Source: the human T2T-CHM13v2.0 reference genome, Homo sapiens
Strand: one strand, 5' to 3'
Length of the DNA: 64,000 nucleotides
Assembly (NCBI RefSeq): GCF_009914755.1
Contig: NC_060947.1
Below, piece by piece: positions 54,979 to 64,000 of the stretch (the stretch's first letter is position 1; each line of letters begins with the position of its first letter). Position numbers and translations under genes: made by a program. The notes beneath the pieces were generated by a model that was not told the DNA's origin, ran no database searches, and was given only the letters and a program-made list of their open reading frames with translations.

Positions 54979-55624
54979 GAAAGGTGTATTTTAGGCAATT
55001 TGTCCACCACCTCCTGCCATCACTCCCCAGGGCTATAAGTTCCTGATAGATGTCAAAACATCATAAGATACAGAAAATTAAAAAGAAAATATAATTGGCC
55101 CTCTGATATTTTGACATTATGTTGAGAAAACTGTTGTGATGATAGTGACAGTTCATAGAAAGCAGGACATAAGTTGCCCTAAACAGTATAGAAAACCCCA
55201 GAGAGTAAAAAGAAGGAACAAAAATAGAAGTTCAAGGGTTCTTAAAAGCTAGTCAATAACTAAGTTTTCTACTTATATGGGATAGGTCAAGAAAGTAGAT
55301 ATTAAATTTTGAGAGTTTCTAAAAATATCTTGGTATAATTTTAAAGTGTACTAAAAACATGCCCAGATCAAGGTGGCAAATCAGGCTGCTATGTTGTTTG
55401 AGGATATAAAATGATTAGTTAGCAAATTATATGTTAGGATTATTATTATTTTTATAATTACTAGGAAAAAGTGGTTGTCATGGTCATATGTCAGATATGC
55501 AGAGTGAGAGACTGTGGAAGAAACCTGGAGGAGCAAATAGGAGCAGGCACTGAAGAGTGAGTGGTTCCGGGCTTAGCTGATATGAGGAAAAGGGCTCTTG
55601 TGGGAAGAATAAACACTATTAATT

Positions 55625-55948
55625 AATTAATTTATTTATTTATTATAATCTTTTGGGTACAGAGAAAGTGTATATACTTATGGGGTACTTAAAATATTTT
55701 GATATAGGCATAAAATTTATTACAATCACATCAGGGTAAATGGAGTATCCATCATCTAACACATTTATTCTTTTTTGTGTTATAAACAATCAAATTATAT
55801 ACATGTAGTTATTTTAAAATATACAATAAATTAATGTGGATGGTAGCTATCCTGCTGTACTATCAAATACTAGGTTTTATTCTTTCTAATTATTTTGTAC
55901 CCATTTTCTATCCCCAATCCCCACCCACTACCCTTCCCAGCTTTTAGT
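55625..55948 (-). mobile_element. L1MA 3'UTR fragment
   Basis: Similar to 23720-24040 (gggtacaga..tatggggtac..cacatcagggtaaatgg). Confidence 0.8.
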
Positions 55949-57800
55949 AGAAAAAAGGATCAAACCACTAATTAACTTATCCACACCTCCAATAAGCTGA
56001 CATTGACCCAAGGGGAAGAGGCCAGTCTGTCTCTCACAGGCTCCACTGCCCCAGCCCCCTCCACCCCCCGCCAACTGCTCATCACTAGGCAGAGAACCCT
56101 TGGATTGGGCTCACAGCAAGGACCCTCCATCCTGGGCTGATCACACTGAATGATTGCTGACCTGCATCTCTCTGGAGTGGAGCTCCCCGGAAACAAGCAA
56201 ACAACACTCAGCCACAACCACTACTAAGATCCCTTCCTCTGCTGCCTCCAAGTTAGGGAAGGAACTGAACCACTGTGATCACCCCAGAGCTGCAGTGGGC
56301 AGCCCAGAAATGCCAAGTCATGATCCACAGCCAGCCATCAAGGCAGGGAGGAACCCACGCTTTCAGAGAATTGAGAGGAAACATGGTTGCAACTGTGAGA
56401 AAACAAGGGAGGCCCACAACCATGCAAGAGTCTAGCAACTGACCAATATACCTAAATGCCACCTTCTCGATCACATCCCAAAGTCTCAACACCAAAAGTA
56501 CCTCACTAATAAACTCCACTCTGAAACCAGAGACCAGAAGTCAGCTTATAATAAAGACCCTTCACAAAGCCTCATCTCAGTGAAAGCATCCAGAAAAATA
56601 GCTGGTTGACTTCACTCAATCTACAGGACAGTTAAAGAAATACCGACATGCAGAGATGAGAAACAACCAATGCAATGACTCCAGGTACTTGAATGGCCAT
56701 AGTGTCATATGTCTTCCAAACAACCACACTGGTTATCTATCAAGAGTTCTTAACTAAGCTCAACTTGTTTGAATGGCAAAAATAGAATTCAGAATATGGT
56801 CAGGAGCAAAGATCATCGAGATTCATGAGATGGCAAAACACAATCCAAATAAGATAAGAATCATGATAAATATAGATTCATCAATACAGAAGCTGAAGGA
56901 TAAAATAGCTGGTATAAAAATCAAACTAATGCATGTGACACAGCTGAATAACACAATACAAGAATGTCCCAATGCAATCACAAGTATTAACAGCAGAATA
57001 AACCAAGCTGAGGAAAGAAACTCAGAAATTGAAAACTGATTCTCTGAAATAAAACACTCAGAAAAAAGTTTAGAAAGAATAAAAAGGAATAAACAAAACC
57101 TCCAAGAAGTATAAGATTATGTAAAGAGGCCAAATCTTTGAATCACTGGCATCCCTGAAAGGGAGAGGGTGAAAGCAAACAACTTGGAAAGCATACTTCA
57201 GGATATTGTCCACAAAAATTTCCTCAACCTTCCTAGAGGGACCAGTAGTCAAATTCAGGAAATTCAGAGAATTGCTTCAAAATTCTACATAAGAAGATCA
57301 TCCTCAAGACACATAATCATCAGATATTGCAAGGTCAAAATGAAAAAAGGAGAGAGAAAGGACAGGCAGCCTACAAAGGGAACTTCATCAGGCTAACAGT
57401 GGACCCCTCAGCTGAAACCTTACAAGCCAGAAGAGAGTGGGGGCCCATATTCAACATTCTTAAGAAAAAAAAATTCAACCCAGAATTTCATATCCAGCCA
57501 AACTAAGCTTTTTGAGTGAAAGAGAAATAAAGATTATTTTCAGATAAGCAAATGCTGAGGGAATTCATGACCACCAAACCTGCTTCACAAAAGATCTTGA
57601 AAGGAGCACTAAATGCAGAAAGAAAAAACTGCTACCAGCTAATATAAAAATACACAGACCAGTGTCACTATAAAGCAACCACACAAACAAGCCAACATAA
57701 TAACCAGCTAACAGCACAATGACAGGATCAAATCCACATATGTCAGTACTAGCATTGAATGTAAATGGGCTAAATGCCCCACTTAAAAGATGCAGAATGG

Positions 57801-58136
57801 GGCCAGGCATGGTGGCTCACACCTGTAATCCCAGCACTTTGGGAGGCTGAGGCGGGTGGATCACCTGAGGTCAGGAGTTTGAGACCATCCTGGCCAACAT
57901 GAAACCCCATCTCTACTAAAAATACAAAATTTAGCCAGGTGTGGTGGTGTATGCCTGTATTCCCAGCTACTCAGGAGGCTGAGGCAGGAGAATCACTGTC
58001 CTGAGGCAAAAGAACCCGGGAGGTAGAGGTTGCAGTGAGCCGAGAGTGCACCATTGCACTTTAGCCTGGGCAACAAGAGCAAAATTCCATCTCCAAAAAA
58101 AAAAAAAAGAAAGAATAAAAAAGAAATAGAAATAGA
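57801..58136 (+). mobile_element. AluSq-like
   Basis: gggcaacaagagc; TSD aaaagatgcaga(a/g)tg at 57785-57799 and 58137-58151. Confidence 0.92.
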
Positions 58137-59651
58137 AAAAGATGCAGAGTGACAACTGGATAAAAAGGCAATAGCCAGTGATGTGCTGTGTTCAAGAGAC
58201 CCATCTCACAAGTAATGACAACCATGGGCTCAAAATAAAGGCATGCAGGAAAATCTACCAAGCACATAAAAAACAGAAAAAAATGTAAGGATTGCAATTT
58301 TAATTTCAAAAAAAAAAAAAAAAAAACAAACAAACAGATTTCAAACTATCAGAGATTACACACATACACCGACAAAAAAGAAAAAAAAAAGCATTACATA
58401 GTGGTAAAAGGTTCAATTCAACAGGAAGACCTGGCTAGACTAAATGTATATGCACCCAACACAGGAGCACCAAGATTCATAAAGCAAGTTTTTAGAGATC
58501 TACAAAGAAACATGAACTCCTGCATAATAATAGCAGGAGACTTCAACACTCCACTAACAGTATTAGATAGATCAACAAGGCAGGGAACTAACAAAGATAT
58601 TCAGGATCTAAACTCAACATTAGACCAACTGGATCTGATAGACCTTTACAGAACTTTCTACCCCAAAACAACAGAATATACATTCTTCTCATCGCCCCAT
58701 GGTACATACACAAAAATTGACCACATAATTGGACATAAAACAATCTAAAATAATAGAAATCATGCCAAACACACTCTCAGACCACAGCACAATAAAGATA
58801 AAAGTCAAAACAATGAAAATTGCTCAAAACCATGCAATTACATGGAAATTAAACAACATGCTCTTTAATGACTTTGGGTAAATAATGAAATTAAGGCAGA
58901 AATTAAAAAGTTTTTTGAAAGTAATGAGAACAAACTTACAACATACCAGAATCACTGAAACACAGCTAAGGCAGTGTTAAGAGGAAAATTCATAGCACTA
59001 AATGCCCCCATCGAAAAGTTAGAATGATCTCAAATTAAGAACATAACTTTACAACTAAATGAATTAGAAAAGCAAGAACAACTCCACCCCAAAGCTAGCA
59101 GAAGATGAAAAATAACCATAATCAGAGCTACATTGAAGAAATCAAGACACAAAAAAGCATTCAATAGATCAACAAATCCAGCAGTTGGTTATTGAAAAAC
59201 TTATTAAAATAGGCCACTAGCTAGATTAATAAATAAGAAAAAATACTAGATTCCAATAAACACAATTAGAAATGATGAAGAGAATGTTACTACTCACCCA
59301 ACAGGAATAAAAACAACCATAAGAACCTATGATGAACACCTCTATGCACAGAAACTAGAAAATCTAGAAAAGATAGATGAATTCCTAGACACATACATCC
59401 TCCCAAGACTGAGCAAGGAAGAAATTGATTTCCTGAACAGGCCAATTATGAGCTCCAACATCGAATCAGTAATAAATAGCCTACCAACCAAAAAAAGCCT
59501 GGGACCTGGTGGTTCACAGCCGAATTCTACCAGATGTACAAAAAAGGGCTGGTACCATTCCTACAGAAATGACTCCAAAAAATTGAGAGGGGGTGACATC
59601 TCCACAACTTATTCTATGAGGCGAGCACATCTTGATACCAAAACATGGCAG

Positions 59652-59652
<1 letters not shown>

Positions 59653-59680
<28 letters not shown>
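59653..59680. repeat. (CA)n microsatellite
   Basis: Direct reading. Confidence 0.95.
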
Positions 59681-59684
<4 letters not shown>

Positions 59685-60621
59685 TTAGGCCAATATCTTC
59701 AAAGAACACCAACACAAAAATCCTCAACAAAATATTATCAAACAAAATCCAGCAGCACATCAAAAATCTAATCCACTAGAACCAAGTAGGGATCATTCCT
59801 GAGATGCAATATTGGTTCAACATATGCAAATCAATAAATGTGATTTATCACATAAACAGAACTAAAGAAAAAAACACATGATTATGTCAATAGACAAAGA
59901 AAGGGATTTCAACAAAATTCAGTAACACTTCATATAAAAACTCTCAATAAACTAGGTACCGAAGGAACGTATGTCAAAGTAGTAAGAGTCATCCATGACA
60001 AACCCACAGCCAACTTTATACTAAATGAGCAAAAGCTGAAAACTTTCCCGTTGAAAACTGGCACATGACAAGAATGCCCTCTCTCGCCACTCCTATTCAA
60101 CATAATATTGGAAGTCCTGGCCAAAGCAATCAGTCAAGAGAAAGAAATAAAGGGCATCCAAATAGGAAGAAAGGAAGTCAAACAATCTCTGTTTACAGAC
60201 AACATGATTCTATATCTAGAAAACTATATAGTCTTGGCCCAAAATATCCTCCCACTGACAATTTCAGTGAAGTTTCAGGATACATAATAAATTCACAAAA
60301 ATAAATTTACAAACATTACTAGCGTTCTTATACACCAACAACAGACAAACTGAGAGCCAAATCAGAAAGGCAATCCCATTCACAATTGCCACAAAAAGAA
60401 TAATTTACCTAGAAATACAGCTAACCAGGGAGGTGAAGCACCTCTACGATGAGAATTACAAAACACTGCTAAAAGTAATCAGAGAACATGTAAACAAATT
60501 TTTAAGAATCCCACGCTCATGTATAGGAAGAATCAATATCATTATAATGGCTCTACTTCCCAAAGCAATTTGTAGATTCAATGCTATTCTTATCAAACTA
60601 GCAAGGACATTCTTCACAGAG

Positions 60622-60722
60622 CCAAATAAAACTATTTTAAAATATATATAAGACCAAATAAAACTATTTTAAAATTTATATAAGACCAAATAAAACTATT
60701 TTAAAATTTATATAAGACCAAA
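60622..60722. repeat. 32-bp tandem triplication
   Basis: ccaaataaaactattttaaaat(a/t)tatataaga starts at 60622, 60654 and 60686. Confidence 0.95.
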
Positions 60723-62231
60723 AAAGAGCCCAAGTACCCAAGGCATTCCTAAGCAAAAAGAACAAACCTGGAGGCATCACACTACATGACTTCATGCTAC
60801 ACTACAAGGCTACAGTAACCAAATCAGCATGGTACTGGAAAAAAAAAGGTGGGGGGGTGGGTGTATAGATCAATGGAACAGAATAGAAAGCCCAAAAATA
60901 AGGCCGCACATCTTTGACCATCTAGTCTTCAAAAAAGCTGAGGAAAACAAGTAATGGGGATAAAACTCCATATTCAATAAATGGTGCTGGGACAACTGGA
61001 TAGCCATAAGCAAAAGATTGAAGCTGGACCCTTTCCTCACACCATACACAAAAATCAATTCAAGATGGATTCAAGACTTAAACGTAAAACCCAAAACCAT
61101 AAAACCCTGGAAGACTACCTAGGTAATATGATCCTGAACGTAGAAATCAGCAAATATTTCATGACAAAAGATACCAAAAGCAATCACAACCAAAGCAAAT
61201 ATGACAAATGGGATCTAATTAAACTAAAGAGCTTCTGCACAGTAAAGGAAACTATCAACAGAGTAAACAGACAACCTACATAACAGAAAAAAATATTTGC
61301 AAACTATGCGTCTGGCAAAGGTCTAATATCCAGCGTCTCTAGGGAGCTTAAGCAAATTTACAAGAGAAAAACAAGCCCATTAAAAAGTGGGCAAAGGACA
61401 TGAACAGACACTTTTCAAAAGAAGACATCCGTGCAACCAACAAGTATATATATTTTTAAAAAAAGCTCAATATGACTGATCATTAGAGAAATGCAAATCC
61501 AAACCTCAATGAAATACCATCTTACAGCGGTCTTAATTGCTATAAATATATAGTAGAAAAATAACAGATGCTGGTGAGTTTGCAGTGAAAAGGGAACACT
61601 TATACACCTTTGGTAAGAATGTAAATTAGTTCATCCATTATGGGTTGCAGTATGGCAATTCCTCAAAGAGCTAAAAGCAGAACTACCATTCAATCCAGCA
61701 ATCCCATTACTGGGTATATACCCAGAGGAATATAAATCATTCTACCATAAAGACACATGCACAGAAATGTTTATTGCAGCACTATTCACAAGAGCGAAGA
61801 CATGAAATTTACATAAATGCCCATCATTGACAGATTGTATGTAAAAATGTGGTACATATACACCATGGAATATTATGCAGCCATATAAAAGAACAAGATT
61901 ATGTTTTTTTGCAGGAAAATGGATGGAGCTGGAGGCTATTATTCTTAGCAAACTAATGCAGGAACAGAAAACTAAATACTGTACGTAGTCACTTATAAGT
62001 GGGAGCTAAATGATAAGAACTTATGAACATAAAAAAGAAAACAACAGACACTGGGGTCTACTTGAGAGGAGAGGGTGGGAGAAGGGAGAAGATCAATAAA
62101 GATAATGATTGGGTACTGAGCTAAATACCTAGGTGATGAAATAATATGTACAAAAAACATCCATGACATGTGTTTACCTATGTAACAAACCTTCATATAT
62201 ACCCATAAACCTAAAATAAAAGTAAAAACAA

Positions 62232-63337
62232 ATCTGGATTTTAATTACTTTGGATATGTACCCTAAAATGAGATTGCTGGATAATGTGGTAGTTTCATTT
62301 TTGAGAAACTTCAATACTGTTATCCATAATGACCACACCAATTTCCAATCCCAGCAACATTTTCTCAGGGTTGCCTTTGCTCCAAATTCTTGGCAACACT
62401 TGATAACATTTTTTTATTACTAATAACCATCCTAACAGATGTGAGGTGATATCTCATTTTGCATTTTGATTTGCATTTCCCTGATAGTTAGTGATGTTGA
62501 GCGCCTTTTCATATAACTGTTGGCCATGACTATCTCTTCTGTGGAGGAATACCTGTTCTCCTCCACTGCTCATTTTTTACTTGAGTTATTTGATGTTTGT
62601 TTGTTTGGTTTTTGCCATTGAGTGGTATGTATCCTTATATACTTTGGATATTAACCCTTCATCTGATATATGGTTTGCTAATATTTTCTTCTATTCCACA
62701 GGCTGCCTTTTCATTGTTGATTGTTTCCTTTGTAGTGCAAAATATTTTTAGTCTGATGTAATCCCACTTTTTATTATTTATTTTTTGCCTGTGCATTTGG
62801 CATCCTATTCATAATATTATTGCTAAGACAAACATCAATGAGTATTTTTTCTATGTATTTTTATGAGTTTTAATAATTTCTACCTTTAGGTTTAAGTCTT
62901 TAATATACTCTAGTTAAATTTTGTGTAGGGTATGAGATACATGTCTAATTTTATTCTGTTGTATATAGATATCCAGTTTTTCCAACACCATTTTTGGAGA
63001 GACTATTCTTTCCTCATTGTGTATTCTTTGTGTCTTTATTGCAGATTAATTGATAAAATGTGCATGGGTTTATTTCTTGGCTGTGTATTCTGTCCTATTG
63101 GTTTATGTTTCTGTTTTATGTCAGTACCATACAGTTTGTATTACTATAGGATTGTAATATTATTTGAATGCAGGATGTTGGATGTCTCCAACTTTGTTCT
63201 TTCTGGAGAGAATTACCATGACCAATTGAGGTATTTGGTAGTTTCATATTAATTTTTGTAATTTTTTCTGTTTCTGTGTAAATTGCCATTGGGATTATGA
63301 TGGGAACATCATTGAATATGTAACCCACTTTGGGTAG
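62232..63337 (-). mobile_element. L1MA ORF2 3' region
   Basis: ttggatatgtaccc..attgctgg; gaggtgatatctcatt; cattgaatatgtaacccactttgggtag. Confidence 0.8.
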
Positions 63338-64000
63338 TACTATAATCTGAATTTTGATGTTTTCCTAGAATTTATACATTGGAAACTAATGCTCAATGTG
63401 ATAGTATTGAGAGGTAGGGCCTTTAGGAGGTGATTAGGTCATGAGGATGAAAGCCTCATTAATGTAGTTAGTGAAGTTACAGAAAAGCCTTGAAGAGCCC
63501 AACTTGCCCCTTCCCCTATGTGATGACATAAGAAGGAACTATCTTTTCAGTAGACAGCAATATCTCACCAGACACCAAATCTGCTTGTGTCTTGATCTTG
63601 GCCTTCTTAGGCTCTATAATTGTGAGCAGTATATTTGTGTCATTCATAAATCAACCAGTCTAAGGTATTTTGTTACAGCAGGCAAGCTGACTAAGACAGA
63701 AGTTGGTATTAAGGAGTAGGGTGCTAACTTAACAAATACCTAAAAATATAAAAGTAGAATTGGATTGGATAATGGAAAAAAATTTGGAAAAGTTTGGAAG
63801 TAATTGCTAGAAAAATCTATAATACCATAAATGAAACATTGAAGACAAATTTTGTGAGAGCTTAGAAGAAGCTGTAGAGAACTTCTAAATATCGTAAGAG
63901 ATTACCTAACTTACCATGATCAGAATTTTGGTAGAGATATGTATGCTAAAGGCCATTCTAATGACAGCTCAGATTAAAATAAGAAATACTTTATTGGGAA
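63338..64000 (+). mobile_element. MaLR element (MST/MLT1A-type 5' LTR 63338-63698 plus start of internal region)
   Basis: gggcctttaggaggtgattaggtcatgagg..gactaagaca, then gaagttggtatt and MaLR-int motifs (aaggccattctaatga); runs off the window. Confidence 0.85.

Larger units (their letters stand above)
55975..62228 (+). mobile_element. Old primate L1 (L1PA13-16-like), near full length with truncated 5'UTR
   Basis: ORF1 remnants 56773-57396; endonuclease YAPNTGAP..GDFNTPL..KIDH (58401-58748); RT remnants; 3'UTR ending aaacctaaaataaaagt. Confidence 0.92.

Noticed and set aside
54980-55620. Unassigned segment as a novel element
   Set aside because: No termini, ORF or repeat structure recognisable; it may be an ancient repeat below what I can detect by eye

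Overview
This is primate (very likely human or great-ape) nuclear DNA made almost entirely of nested retrotransposon fossils. I find no intact host gene, RNA gene or CRISPR array; the longer ORFs I can assign are decayed L1 or ERV reading frames. Main architecture: (1) a near full-length old L1PA13-16-type element on the minus strand (about 1590-19585), split by an AluJ and by a 10.2-kb class I ERV provirus with MER4A-type LTRs and a 4-bp GAGG TSD. That provirus keeps recognisable gag, pro, RT, RNase H, integrase and env remnants, and has a solo HERV-W LTR17 in its leader. (2) A minus-strand L1MA (about 23720-35810) interrupted by an unusual head-to-head pair of L1PA 3' ends plus a third L1PA and an AluY. 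(3) A full-length HERV-L provirus with MLT2A LTRs (36997-43683). (4) A MER21 two-LTR remnant inside an L1MB. (5) A second old L1PA on the plus strand (about 55975-62228), followed by a MaLR element at the right edge. Family and subfamily names come from recognising consensus-like sequence by eye and need RepeatMasker/Dfam confirmation; comparisons with consensus sequences and gap sizes are from memory.
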